64,000 bases of DNA from Candidatus Schneewindia gallinarum (GCA_904420175.1 CAJFUF010000022.1:2974-66973); one strand, 5' to 3'. Numbered from the stretch's first letter, positions 28,603-38,091 are shown. Numbers and translations are program-made. The notes: generated by a model not told the origin, from the letters alone.

Positions 28603-30267
28603 TTACAGCAGCGTTTCCAGCATCCGCTCCTCCGCCGGGTCCTGCGGCAGCGTCTGCCCGTCCGCCGCCAAATTCTGCGGCGCCGGTTGTGCGGCGTTTT
28701 GCCGCACCGCCGCCAGCAGCGACTCCTTCCCGGGCAAAATCAGGCTGTCCAACAGGATGGCTGCCGCCTCGGCATTTTCGGGCTGGAACACCCCCAGCTG
28801 GTACAGCTGTATGCACAGCTGGTTGTGCTGAAGGGTGGAAAAGGGGTTCTGCTTCTGGGCCGAAATTTTGATGTCGAACACCGGCTTGCGGAACAGCCCG
28901 TCTCCGGTTTCTCCTGCCAGAGGATGCGGCCTCAGCCCCTCGTTGCCATAGCGGAGGTAGCTGACGGACCCATCCGGACCCAGAATGCGGAACACCCGCT
29001 GCTGTGAATAAAACTGGCGGATTAGCTCCACCGTCAGCTCCATCACCTGACGGAAGCTCTCATACGAGGCGGAGATTAAATCCCGCTCCAGCTTGTTGCC
29101 GCTTTCCTGAAGGGCGGCAATGGCGCTGTAGGCGGTTACCCCGCCGGTGACAGAGCCCTGCTGGAAATCCCGGTTCCCGAGAATTTCTTTTAATTCATCC
29201 GCCTTTTGCAGGCGCACCTGAAGCACGCCGGAGGGCAGTGCCGCCGCCTGGATGGGACGGACCGCCGTGTCGTCCACCGTGCTGTCCGCCTCCACCACGT
29301 CGTTGCGCATGTCAAGCAGGGCCCCCCGATCCACCCCCGCGGAACGCTTGAGCAGGAACCGGGGCCGGGCCGCCACCAGACTGTTTTTCTCAATCAGGTG
29401 ATCCATGCGGTCAATGGAGCCCTGCATGGACTTGCCGATGTCGATAAGCCCCATGCCGTACAGGCTTTTTTCCACCGGCACCATCACGTCGATAACAAAG
29501 GGGTACATGCCGTGGTCGTACAGTCCGCTGTCCCGCAGCAGGGGATCGGTTTTTGTGCTGTACAGGATGACATCGCCGTACAGTTGGGTGAGATGCACCC
29601 GCATTCTGCCGTCCGCCCCGCGCACCCGCTCATAGCAGTCGAGAATCTGCACCGTGTCCTCCTCGTTTGGCTTCTCATGAAAATAGCCCTCTACCGGCTC
29701 GGCGGTGCGCTCAAAGTCCACCGCAGGAAAGCGCCGCTTGGCCTCTGCCTTGGGCATAAGGCTTGTCACAAACACGCAGCGGGACTGCTGGATGTCGGAA
29801 ATCTGCGGCTCGGCATAAAAGCGCAGGCCGTCCACCGTGGTGATGCCGATGTCCCCAAGGCCGTTTTCCAGCGTCCGGTCCCAAAACACGAAGTAGACTG
29901 CAAAGCCGTTTTTTAACTTGCGCCACCACGCGTCCGAGTAGGTGCCGTAAAACCCCGTGCGCTCCAGAACCAGCGGCACAATTTTGGACAGGCGCTGTGC
30001 CTCCGCCCGGTCGCGCTCCTCCCTCTCAAGGAACAGGGGCTCCGGGTAATTGTCCATGGCGCCCGCATGCTTGTTCCACACTGCGTTAAACAGGTAGGGG
30101 GTTACCGGGCCATCCTCCCCGTTTGCCCCGGCCCGCTGCCACTGCCTGCCCTGCCACCAATCCTCATTTTCTCTGAGGCGTGCGTCCAGTCCGGCCTTCT
30201 CATTTTTGTACCGGCGGTACAGCGCATAAAGGCGCTTGCCCGTCTCATCCGTTTTTTTACCCCTCAT
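28603..30267 (-). CDS. Phage portal protein
   Basis: Track ORF trimmed to ATG 30267 (GGAGGG SD): MRGKKTDETGKRLYALYRRYKNEKAGLDARLRENEDWWQGRQW...; 554 aa; position after TerL. Confidence 0.85.
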   Translation of the reverse strand: MRGKKTDETGKRLYALYRRYKNEKAGLDARLRENEDWWQGRQWQRAGANGEDGPVTPYLFNAVWNKHAGAMDNYPEPLFLEREERDRAEAQRLSKIVPLVLERTGFYGTYSDAWWRKLKNGFAVYFVFWDRTLENGLGDIGITTVDGLRFYAEPQISDIQQSRCVFVTSLMPKAEAKRRFPAVDFERTAEPVEGYFHEKPNEEDTVQILDCYERVRGADGRMRVHLTQLYGDVILYSTKTDPLLRDSGLYDHGMYPFVIDVMVPVEKSLYGMGLIDIGKSMQGSIDRMDHLIEKNSLVAARPRFLLKRSAGVDRGALLDMRNDVVEADSTVDDTAVRPIQAAALPSGVLQVRLQKADELKEILGNRDFQQGSVTGGVTAYSAIAALQESGNKLERDLISASYESFRQVMELTVELIRQFYSQQRVFRILGPDGSVSYLRYGNEGLRPHPLAGETGDGLFRKPVFDIKISAQKQNPFSTLQHNQLCIQLYQLGVFQPENAEAAAILLDSLILPGKESLLAAVRQNAAQPAPQNLAADGQTLPQDPAEERMLETLL

Positions 30268-30483
30268 ACAAACCCTCCTGTCTTTCTGGGCAGTTTCCCG
30301 CCCCTTTTGGTCATTTTTATTTTCAAGCAATCCGTATTTTCCCTGCCCAATCCCCGGAAGCGTTGCATCCGCTTTTGTTAACTATCCCGTTTTCCCGTAA
30401 GGTGAAGGGAACGCCGCCCATTTTTATGTTTTCCTTCGTCCTTTTTCCAGCAAGCCCACTGAAAGCAGCGGGCTTACCGGCTT

Positions 30484-31860
30484 TTACAGCAAGTTCAGCG
30501 GGTCGTCCTGCGCCGGCCTGAAAACGGGTGCCGGGCTTCTTGGCATCTGCACCGGCAGCGCCATGCAGAGGTAGCGCAGCTCGTCATAGATGTGATCCTC
30601 CCCTGTGCTGTCCACATCCTCCGTGTCCCGGCGGTCGTACTGCAGTGCGGGCAGCGTGCGGATACAGTCGCGGCAGGTGGAAAAAACCTGCAGGCCGGGC
30701 ACACCGTTTTCATCGAAACGAAGCCGGTTATGCACCTGCAATTTTCCGGGAATCCGCTTGTTGTCCCCCCGCTCAAAATAAATGCCCTCCTTGGCAAACA
30801 GGCTTGCCACACAGCCTTCGCTTCCCCTGCTTTCATCAAAAATGGACGGGTCCGCAATGCCGAAAATACGGTGTCCCCGCTCATAGGTGTCCTCGTATGC
30901 GGCAGCCAGGCGCGCCACCTCCCCCGGCGACAGGCGCAGGCCCTCGTTCGCCTCAATGGTCAGGCCCCTCTCGTCCTTTCTGGTGCCGTAAATTTCATGG
31001 TAGCGGATAATCATCCCGTCCCCGTCCACTGCATAATAACCGATGGAAAACGGCTTTGTGTAGCCCCAGTCCAGCGTGCGGTAACGCCGCCAGCCGTCCG
31101 GGATGGGGAACGGGTCGATCACATGGGTAAAGCGGCGGTCGGCATAGTGGGCCGGGTCGTTGCGCCACTCGCGGAACACCTGCCCCGCAAACACATCCCA
31201 GTCCCCGTCCAGCCATGCCCGGCGCAGGTCCTCCGGCAGACCGCGCAAAAAGTCCACATAGCCGCTGTCCTGCTCCATCAGTACCCGGTTGTCGTACACC
31301 CGCGCCGGAATGAACGTGTAGTCCGCCGGTTTTTCCCCGTCCCGGTAGCGCCGTTCAATAAACAGGCGCTTCACCCACGCGTGTCCCGGTCCGCCCGGAT
31401 TGCACGTCAGATACATGCGCTTGGGGAAGGGGTTGGCCCCGCGGATACATGCCGTCAGGGCGCCGAACTGGTACTCGGTAAAGTGGGTGGCCTCATCCAG
31501 AAAAATCACGTCGAACTCCTGCCCCTGATACTGGTCCACGTCCCGCTCCCCATCGCAGTAGCCGAAGCGGATTCGGCTGCCGTTTGGGAAGGAAAACACC
31601 CGTTCCGTCTCTTTCCACTGGGCAATCCCCGCCAGATCGGCACGCATGGGCAGGATGTGGTTTTCCCGAAGCTCCGACAGGGTTCTGCGCAGGATCAGGA
31701 TTTTTATTCCGCCGTACCGTAAGGCCAGCAGCTTCGCCTTCTGCCGCACTGCCCAGCTTTTCCCGCCGCCCCTGGCCCCGCCGTATCCCACGAACCGGGT
31801 ATCTGCCAGAAAAAACCGGCGCTGCTTCTCATTGGGCTCCGGGATCACGCTAACCGGCAT
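30484..31860 (-). CDS. Terminase large subunit
   Basis: Trimmed to ATG 31860: Walker A GYGGARGGGKSW, Walker B VIFLDEATHF, nuclease-domain motifs TLDWGY and GEDHIYDELRY. Confidence 0.93.
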   Translation of the reverse strand: MPVSVIPEPNEKQRRFFLADTRFVGYGGARGGGKSWAVRQKAKLLALRYGGIKILILRRTLSELRENHILPMRADLAGIAQWKETERVFSFPNGSRIRFGYCDGERDVDQYQGQEFDVIFLDEATHFTEYQFGALTACIRGANPFPKRMYLTCNPGGPGHAWVKRLFIERRYRDGEKPADYTFIPARVYDNRVLMEQDSGYVDFLRGLPEDLRRAWLDGDWDVFAGQVFREWRNDPAHYADRRFTHVIDPFPIPDGWRRYRTLDWGYTKPFSIGYYAVDGDGMIIRYHEIYGTRKDERGLTIEANEGLRLSPGEVARLAAAYEDTYERGHRIFGIADPSIFDESRGSEGCVASLFAKEGIYFERGDNKRIPGKLQVHNRLRFDENGVPGLQVFSTCRDCIRTLPALQYDRRDTEDVDSTGEDHIYDELRYLCMALPVQMPRSPAPVFRPAQDDPLNLL

Positions 31861-32068
31861 AGCGGTGTGCCTCCCCCTCCAGCACCACGCGAATCTCCTC
31901 CGCCGGGGCCGCGCCGCCCGCCTTGCCAAGGGCCCTGTCCAAAATGGTCCGGGCCGCGTCCGCCCGCTGGCTGTAGCTCAGGCTTTCGTCCCCCAACGCG
32001 CTGATAAAAAAATCCGCCGCACCCGCCGCCGCAGCCTGCAGGGCCTGTGCCGCACTTTTTCTTTTCAC
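31850..32068 (-). CDS. Small protein in the TerS position (72 aa)
   Basis: GTG 32068 overlaps upstream stop (GTGA) and its stop overlaps the TerL ATG by 11 nt; (M)KRKSAAQALQAAAAGAADFFISALGDESLSYSQRADAARTILDRALGK...; assignment by position only. Confidence 0.5.
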   Translation of the reverse strand: MKRKSAAQALQAAAAGAADFFISALGDESLSYSQRADAARTILDRALGKAGGAAPAEEIRVVLEGEAHRYAG

Positions 32069-32268
32069 CGTCCGTTCCCCCCTCTGTTCCTGCCGTACGG
32101 CGGGTGCACACTTCCTACCTCTTCCGCCGCGGGCAGGCAAAGCACACAGTATTCGCACCCCACCAGCTGCAGTGTCTCGTCCGTATACACCGCGTCCTCA
32201 CCGGAAAGCCGCCTGCCGCAGCGCGGGCACCGCAGTACGCCCGGGCTGCCGCCCGTCTCAACCGTCAT
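32065..32268 (-). CDS. Zinc-ribbon small protein (67 aa)
   Basis: ATG 32268; MTVETGGSPGVLRCPRCGRRLSGEDAVYTDETLQLVGCEYCVLC (CxxC...CxxC). Confidence 0.6.
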   Translation of the reverse strand: MTVETGGSPGVLRCPRCGRRLSGEDAVYTDETLQLVGCEYCVLCLPAAEEVGSVHPPYGRNRGGNGR

Positions 32269-32482
32269 GCTGCGGCGCCCCCTTTCCCCTGGGTTTTCGC
32301 CTCGGCTCCTTTCTAAACAGCGGACAATGGATAATCCGCCAGCTGATGTCCCCATCCTCCCAGATACGGGGAACCGCCGTCCAGCCGGGCACCGGGGTCA
32401 AATCCGCCGACCAGCTGCAGCCTCCGCAGGCCCTGCTGCAATCCCAGCAGGGCTGCTCCTCACTTTTCTTTTTCCGTCCCAT
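32258..32482 (-). CDS. Cys-rich small protein at head of the late operon (74 aa)
   Basis: AAAGGAG SD 6 nt before ATG 32482; MGRKKKSEEQPCWDCSRACGGCSWSADLTPVPGWTAV...IHCPLF; basic tails on both ends. Confidence 0.7.
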   Translation of the reverse strand: MGRKKKSEEQPCWDCSRACGGCSWSADLTPVPGWTAVPRIWEDGDISWRIIHCPLFRKEPRRKPRGKGAPQHDG

Positions 32483-32729
32483 TGCCTGCTCCTTTCCGGA
32501 CTGTCCGTTTTTTGGGACAACCCATCTGCTATACTGTGTTTACAGGAAAATACTTCCTTTCACGGAAATCTTTTCTAAAAATATTCGTTTTGAGTATTTC
32601 TGTTCCTATAATATACCCAATACAGGTAAATGTCAAATTATTTTAAGAAGAAATTTTCTGTTTTGGGTAATCTTCCTCTTGACCGGAGGTGCCGGGCCGT
32701 GTATGATAAAGTCAAAGGAAGTGAGCCTT

Positions 32730-33059
32730 ATGTTAAAGGAACGGTTGCCTGTCCTTCGGCGTTCGAAGGGCTGGACGATGAAACGAATGGCGGAGGAGCT
32801 GTGCATCCCCTACACCACCTATGTGGGATATGAAAAAGGGGTACGCGAGCCGCCGATGGAGCTGCTGGTGCGCATGGCGCGTCTGTTCGGCGTGTCGGTG
32901 GACACGTTGCTTGGCCGCGAGGACAGCCCTGCCCTCGGGGATGAGGACATCAAATTTGCGCTGTTTGGCAACCGCGCCGGTGAAATCACGGACGAAATGT
33001 ACGAGCAGGTCAAAAACTTCGCCGCCTTTTTAGAGAAAAAATATCAGCAAAAGGACTAG
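32730..33059 (+). CDS. XRE-family helix-turn-helix repressor
   Basis: Only the last 330 nt of track ORF 32172-33059 are credible: AAGGAAGTG SD then ATG 32730; MLKERLPVLRRSKGWTMKRMAEELCIPYTTYVGYEKGVREPPMELLVRMARLFGVSVDTLLG. Confidence 0.9.
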   Translation: MLKERLPVLRRSKGWTMKRMAEELCIPYTTYVGYEKGVREPPMELLVRMARLFGVSVDTLLGREDSPALGDEDIKFALFGNRAGEITDEMYEQVKNFAAFLEKKYQQKD

Positions 33060-33066
33060 GTGACGT

Positions 33067-33471
33067 GTGTTGAATTTGCTTAACCTGTACCGCACGGCAG
33101 AGCGCAGGAACGTTGCGGTGGAGTGCTTCCGCCTGGAGGGCACGCCGGCCTGCTCGGTGGAGTTGAACGGCAGGTGCTTTGTGGGGATTGATCCGTTCCA
33201 GCTGGAAAGCACCGCGGACGAGAAGGTGAAGCTGGCCCATGAACTGGGGCATTGCCTGCAGGGTGGTTTCTACCGGCGCACCAGCCCCTTTGAACTGCGG
33301 GAGCGCTGCGAAGTTCTAGCCGACCGCTGGGCCATGACCCAGCTTATGCCGCTGCCCGACGTGCAGGCCGCCATGAAGGAAGGCTGCACGGAGGTATGGC
33401 AGCTGGCAGAGCGGTTCGGCGTGACGGAGGAGTTTGTACACACCGTCCTTGCCGTTTATTTTGATAAATAA
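33067..33471 (+). CDS. ImmA/IrrE family metallopeptidase
   Basis: 134 aa from GTG; HELGH zinc motif (KLAHELGHCL), follows XRE gene by 7 nt. Confidence 0.88.
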   Translation: MLNLLNLYRTAERRNVAVECFRLEGTPACSVELNGRCFVGIDPFQLESTADEKVKLAHELGHCLQGGFYRRTSPFELRERCEVLADRWAMTQLMPLPDVQAAMKEGCTEVWQLAERFGVTEEFVHTVLAVYFDK

Positions 33472-33499
33472 AAGGGCCGGTTCATGAACCGGCCCTTTT
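33471..33499 (+). terminator. Hairpin terminator after ImmA
   Basis: aaagggccggtt/aaccggcccttt stem with flanking A/T runs. Confidence 0.7.
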
Positions 33500-33513
33500 A
33501 TGGGAGGAAGCTT

Positions 33514-34056
33514 ATGGAACTTTTAACGGAAAGGCTGCTGCTGCGCCCGCTGAAAATGGAGGATGCGGATGCGTTGTATGCCTGCTCATGCGGGCCCAAT
33601 GTGGGGCCGAGCGCCGGGTGGAAGCCCCACCAAAGCCCGGAGGAGACCCGCGCGCTGATGGAACCGGTCTTTTTAAGGCCCGGCGTATTCGGTATTTTTG
33701 TGAAACAGTCGGGCACGCTGGTGGGCTCTATCGGGCTAATCGACGATCCCAGGCGGGAATACGAGCGTTCCAGAATGCTGGGGTACTCGTTAGGGGAACC
33801 ATATTGGGGCCACGGCTATATGACGGAGGCCGGCCGCGCCGTTCTGGACTACGGCTTTGGCACCATGGGGCTTCTTGTCATTTCCGCCTACTGCTACCCC
33901 TTTAATGCGCGCTCCATCCGGGTGCTGCAAAAGCTCGGCTTCTCTTACGAGGGGACCTTGTGCCTGTGTGAAAAGCGGTACGACGGGGCCGTACTGGACA
34001 ACCAGTGCTACGCCCTGACGGCAGAACAGTTTTGTAAACAAAAAAAGACCCCGTGA
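33514..34056 (+). CDS. GNAT family N-acetyltransferase (RimJ/RimL-like)
   Basis: Trimmed to ATG 33514 (GGGAGG SD): MELLTERLLLRPLKMEDADALY..., ...GHGYMTEAGRAVLDYGF. Confidence 0.88.
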   Translation: MELLTERLLLRPLKMEDADALYACSCGPNVGPSAGWKPHQSPEETRALMEPVFLRPGVFGIFVKQSGTLVGSIGLIDDPRREYERSRMLGYSLGEPYWGHGYMTEAGRAVLDYGFGTMGLLVISAYCYPFNARSIRVLQKLGFSYEGTLCLCEKRYDGAVLDNQCYALTAEQFCKQKKTP

Positions 34057-34069
34057 AGGGGTCTTTTTT
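34041..34069. terminator. Bidirectional terminator
   Basis: AAAAAA-gacccc-gtgaa-ggggtc-TTTTTT between convergent genes. Confidence 0.85.
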
Positions 34070-34070
34070 A

Positions 34071-35030
34071 TTACTGTGTTTTCAGCGTTTCGCGCAGCTT
34101 CTTTTTAAACAGCGCATTGTCCATCCGTTTAACAACCGTTGCATTCACGGCCCAGTCGCCCAGCTTTTCGGCGTCTGCACCGGCATAACGGTTTTCTGAG
34201 ACCACAACCTGCCCGTAGGTCATCCCGGTTTCCGCACAGACAAGGCAGCAGCACGCGGGCGCCTCCGCCACCGTGTCGGGCCACAGGGCCGCGCCCATGG
34301 CGAAGGGGTCTGCCAAATCAATTTCCCGCTTGCCGTGCTTCAGCTCATTGTAGTCTACCAGCGCCGCCGTACAGTCCATGGCAAATTTAGAGACAGGTCC
34401 GTCCTTCTTCATCTCCGTCATCTCCGCCTCGGAGAAGCAGGCCCCCTCGGCACGGCAGATGTCAAAGCCCACAATGGTCACCGGCACAGGGAACTCCACC
34501 ATGATTTTGTATGCCTCTGCATCCACAAACACGTTGAACTCCGCCACACTGGTCACGTTGCCCGGGCCAAATCCACCGCTGCCCATGCTGTAGATGTGCT
34601 TTACCTGCTTCATGGTCTCCGGGTCCTTCATCATGGCAAGGGCCACATTGGTGGCAGGGCCGATGGCCACAATTTCAACTTCGCCGGGGTTCTCCTTCAC
34701 AAGGCGCAGCATCGCTTCCACCGCATGCTCTGTTTCCGCCTGCATCCCCTCCGGCAGTGTGCCGAGGCCGCTCATCCCGTCGTCCCCATGCGCCTGTGTG
34801 GCGTTCCGCGTTGTGCGCACCAGCGGATGGTACGCCCCCTTGTAGACCGGCGGCGCGTAGGTGCGTGCCTCCTTAACGCTGCGCAGCGCGTTGATGGTGG
34901 CCTGCTCTAAGCTGACGTTGCCGCACACCGTGGTAAGCGCCAACACCTGCACCGACGGGTCCCGCAGCGCCATCAGAATCGCAACCGCGTCGTCACTGCC
35001 GGTATCCGTGTCAATGATGATTTTTCTCAT
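34071..35030 (-). CDS. Nucleoside hydrolase (IUNH family)
   Basis: Trimmed to ATG 35030: MRKIIIDTDTGSDDAVAILMAL (DTDxxxDD motif). Confidence 0.92.
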   Translation of the reverse strand: MRKIIIDTDTGSDDAVAILMALRDPSVQVLALTTVCGNVSLEQATINALRSVKEARTYAPPVYKGAYHPLVRTTRNATQAHGDDGMSGLGTLPEGMQAETEHAVEAMLRLVKENPGEVEIVAIGPATNVALAMMKDPETMKQVKHIYSMGSGGFGPGNVTSVAEFNVFVDAEAYKIMVEFPVPVTIVGFDICRAEGACFSEAEMTEMKKDGPVSKFAMDCTAALVDYNELKHGKREIDLADPFAMGAALWPDTVAEAPACCCLVCAETGMTYGQVVVSENRYAGADAEKLGDWAVNATVVKRMDNALFKKKLRETLKTQ

Positions 35031-35139
35031 ATCCTGCTCCTTCCTGCCGCCTGCAAAGCGGACTTTTTCTCTTGGCACCAGTATACAGGATATGCTATAC
35101 TAAAAATAGGACATTCGTCCAAAAAAGGGGAGGGATTTG

Positions 35140-35784
35140 ATGCCGGACGAGTTTACACAGTTGTTTGCCAGGGCCCCGGAGGAGGTGCGGGCGGCTGCCG
35201 TTCGCCTGAAGGTAAAAAAGGGGGAACCCATTCTCCGCCTGCACGAGCGCAACCGCAGCCTGTACCTGCTTTTGGAGGGGGAGGCGGACGTCTACACAGA
35301 GAACCGCAACAACTACTCCACCACGCTGCGTACCTACCGCGCGGGGGAATTTTTCGGGGAGATGGAGCTGTTTGACGAGGAGCGCACCGCCCTTGCCGTC
35401 ATTGCAAAGAAGGACAGCACGCTGCTGCAGCTGCACCGGGACTATGTGCTGCTTTGGATGAAAAAGGACTTCGAATTTACCATGGCCATGTGTCGCAAGC
35501 TGTGCAGCAACGACTACGGCGGCAGGGTAAGCACCAACGGGATGAAGCCCCTGCCCCTGAAGGACCGGTATCTGTACCTGCTGTACCAGTCCATGCGCTT
35601 CGGCGAACTGGACGAGCTGACCAAGGCCGACCTGTGCACCCGCCTCGGCACCGATATCCGCTGCGTCAACCGCATTGTGGCCGGCTGCCGGGAGGAGGGG
35701 ATCGCCCGGTATGAGAACCGGCGTTTCCACATTATGGACAAGCGGAAGCTGTGCGCCCTGCTGGACGAGCGCGGCCTGCTGTAG
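35140..35784 (+). CDS. Crp/Fnr family transcriptional regulator
   Basis: cNMP-binding-like N-domain (GEFFGEMELF) and C-terminal HTH (TKADLCTRLGTDIRCVNRIV); ATG 35140 after AGGGGAGGG SD. Confidence 0.85.
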   Translation: MPDEFTQLFARAPEEVRAAAVRLKVKKGEPILRLHERNRSLYLLLEGEADVYTENRNNYSTTLRTYRAGEFFGEMELFDEERTALAVIAKKDSTLLQLHRDYVLLWMKKDFEFTMAMCRKLCSNDYGGRVSTNGMKPLPLKDRYLYLLYQSMRFGELDELTKADLCTRLGTDIRCVNRIVAGCREEGIARYENRRFHIMDKRKLCALLDERGLL

Positions 35785-35850
35785 CACCCGTTGCGGACGG
35801 CGTGCAAGTGTGCTATACTTTTGCAGAGAACAAAAGGAAGGGGATATACC

Positions 35851-36378
35851 ATGACGAAAGCTGAAACCGCCAAACGCATTTTTGAAACCGCCCATATCAC
35901 GGGCACCTTCACCCTGCGCTCCGGACAGGTGTCCAACGAATACTTCGACAAATACCTGTTTGAGGCGCAGCCCGATCTTCTCGCCGCCATCGTGACCGAG
36001 ATGCGCGCCCTGCTGCCCGAGGGGACACAGGTGCTGGCCGGGCTTGAGACAGGCGGTATCCCGCTGTGCACCATCCTGTCCGCCCAGACGGGCATTCCCG
36101 CTGCCTTTGTGCGCAAGAAAGCCAAGGAGTACGGCACCTGCAAGCTGGCAGAAGGGGCGGATGTTAAGGGGAAACATGTCTGCGTCATTGAGGATGTGGT
36201 CACCACCGGCGGCCAGATTATTTTAAGCACAAAGGAGCTGCGCGAGCGCGGCGCCATCGTGGACACGGTGCTGTGCGCCATCCAGCGCGATCCCCGCGCC
36301 ACCGAACTGCTGGCGGCAGAGGGGCTGGATTTAAGGCCTGCCTTCACCATGGAATATATTAAAGAACAGGCGGAATAA
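35851..36378 (+). CDS. pyrE: Orotate phosphoribosyltransferase
   Basis: Trimmed to ATG 35851: ...FTLRSGQVSNEYFDKY..., PRPP motif VCVIEDVVTTGG. Confidence 0.9.
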   Translation: MTKAETAKRIFETAHITGTFTLRSGQVSNEYFDKYLFEAQPDLLAAIVTEMRALLPEGTQVLAGLETGGIPLCTILSAQTGIPAAFVRKKAKEYGTCKLAEGADVKGKHVCVIEDVVTTGGQIILSTKELRERGAIVDTVLCAIQRDPRATELLAAEGLDLRPAFTMEYIKEQAE

Positions 36379-36385
36379 CCGCACC

Positions 36386-36429
36386 AAAAAAGGGACAGGC
36401 CCCGGGGCCTGTCCCTTTTTCTTTTTTTT
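36386..36429. terminator. Bidirectional terminator
   Basis: AAAAAA-gggacaggcc-ccgg-ggcctgtccc-TTTTTcTTTTTTTT. Confidence 0.88.
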
Positions 36430-36945
36430 CTACACCGTCAGCTCCATCACATAGTCATCCATGACAAAGCCGTTGCCGATGTCCGATACCTGCTCCTTCA
36501 CTGTTTGAAAGCCGCGGGCCCTGTAAACAGCGATGCTGTGCTCGTTATGGCGGTTCACCGTCAGCCACATGGCCCCGAGCGACAGGCCTTTGCACAGCCC
36601 CGTCAGAAAGGCGAAGGCCTCACTGGCGTAGCCCTTGCCGCGGTAGGGCGCCAGCAGGTACAGCTTGCTTAAAAACAGCTTGTCCCCGTCCGGCCGCACC
36701 CCGGTGTAGCCCATCACGGTGGGGTTTTCCTGCGGGGAGTGCCCGTCGCACAGGAAGAAATAGCGGTATCCCTCCTCCTTCAGCTGTTTTGTCAGCGCCG
36801 GGAAGGACTGGAACTTGTCCACCATGTAATCAATCTGCGGCCCGCTTAAAAGGCCTGTAAAAAACTCGTGCCACACCTCGTCCGCTGTCCGGGCAAGCTG
36901 TTGGACCTGCTCCTCCGTTGTCACTTCCACAAACCGTACCGCCAT
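36430..36945 (-). CDS. GNAT family N-acetyltransferase
   Basis: 171 aa, LYLLAPYRGKGYASEAF motif. Confidence 0.85.
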   Translation of the reverse strand: MAVRFVEVTTEEQVQQLARTADEVWHEFFTGLLSGPQIDYMVDKFQSFPALTKQLKEEGYRYFFLCDGHSPQENPTVMGYTGVRPDGDKLFLSKLYLLAPYRGKGYASEAFAFLTGLCKGLSLGAMWLTVNRHNEHSIAVYRARGFQTVKEQVSDIGNGFVMDDYVMELTV

Positions 36946-36957
36946 GTTCCTTCCTCC

Positions 36958-38091
36958 TTAACCGATAAACAGATGTTGCTTGTTGTGTATCGCCACGCTG
37001 AGCACCACGCCGATGCCCATAAACATCATCAGCAGGCTGGAGCCGCCGCCCGACAGGAAGGGCAGCGTGATGCCGATAACCGGCATCACCGACAGGCACA
37101 TGCCAATGTTGGCAATGGCCTGGAAGGACAGCACCGCGAAAAAGCCCACGCAGATAAGGCGTCCTAAGCTGTCCTGGCTGAGCATGGAAATCCTCAACAC
37201 CCGCGCGCAGATGGCCACCAGCACAGCCACCACCAGCACACATCCGGCAAAGCCCAGCACCTGGCCGATATAGGCGAAAATAAAATCGTTCTGCATCTCC
37301 GGCACTTTTTGCAGGTTGTCCGCAAACAGGCCCTTGCCAAAAATTTTGCCGCTGCCGATGGCAATTTTGCTTCTGCTTTGCTGCCAGCCCACGCCGAGGG
37401 GATCCATCTCCGGAAACAGCAGGGTTAAAAAGCGGTTGCGCTTGTCATTATCCAGCACAAAGAACCAGACAAGCGGCAGCGCCGCTGCCACCGCGCCGCC
37501 GGCCGCCAGCACGTACTTCCAGCTGATCCCGGCCGCCAGCAGCATCATGATGCCAATAACAATAAACACCAGCGCCGTTCCGTCGTCCCCCTGAAGGACG
37601 ATAATCCCGACCGCCGCGGCAAAGTGGGCAAGGATGGGCAACAGCCGGCGCGGGCGGTTCAACTCGTCCCCGGCAAGGGACAGCTGCCTTGCAAACGTAA
37701 TAATAAAGCTGATTTTCAAAAGCTCGCTGGGCTGCAGCATCAGCCCGCCGGGCAGCAGCAGCCACGCCTTATCGTCAATACCGGGGCGCTGGTATCCGAT
37801 AAAAAAGGTCAGGATGACCAACAGCCAGCACAGCGCCGTATGCAGCTTCCACAAATCCGCCATCTGATGATAGTCGATGGTGGAGATGAACGTGGCTGCA
37901 AAAACGCCCAGCACCAGCGCCAGCCCCTGCACGATATACAGCCGTTCCGGATTGACAAAGCTTGTGGAGAAATTGACGGCAATGCTGTAGGCAATCAGCA
38001 CCCCGAAGCACGATGTGCCCAGGCAGAGGAAAAACAGCAGCTTGTCCGTTGCCTTGATATAGTTTACAATCGCCCTGCCGACTTTCTTCAT
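36958..38091 (-). CDS. FtsW/RodA/SpoVE family peptidoglycan glycosyltransferase
   Basis: 377 aa polytopic membrane protein, ...LQPSELLKI..., ...GVGWQQSRSKIAIGSGKIFGKG..., ...LPFLSGGGSSLL. Confidence 0.92.
   Translation of the reverse strand: MKKVGRAIVNYIKATDKLLFFLCLGTSCFGVLIAYSIAVNFSTSFVNPERLYIVQGLALVLGVFAATFISTIDYHQMADLWKLHTALCWLLVILTFFIGYQRPGIDDKAWLLLPGGLMLQPSELLKISFIITFARQLSLAGDELNRPRRLLPILAHFAAAVGIIVLQGDDGTALVFIVIGIMMLLAAGISWKYVLAAGGAVAAALPLVWFFVLDNDKRNRFLTLLFPEMDPLGVGWQQSRSKIAIGSGKIFGKGLFADNLQKVPEMQNDFIFAYIGQVLGFAGCVLVVAVLVAICARVLRISMLSQDSLGRLICVGFFAVLSFQAIANIGMCLSVMPVIGITLPFLSGGGSSLLMMFMGIGVVLSVAIHNKQHLFIG

Noticed and set aside
32172-32729. Upstream 560 nt of the 295-aa track ORF 32172-33059.
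   Set aside because: It overlaps the minus-strand phage mini-genes and the AT-rich control region. Its product is low-complexity Pro/Arg/Ser-rich until the SD-led ATG at 32730, where a clean XRE HTH begins.
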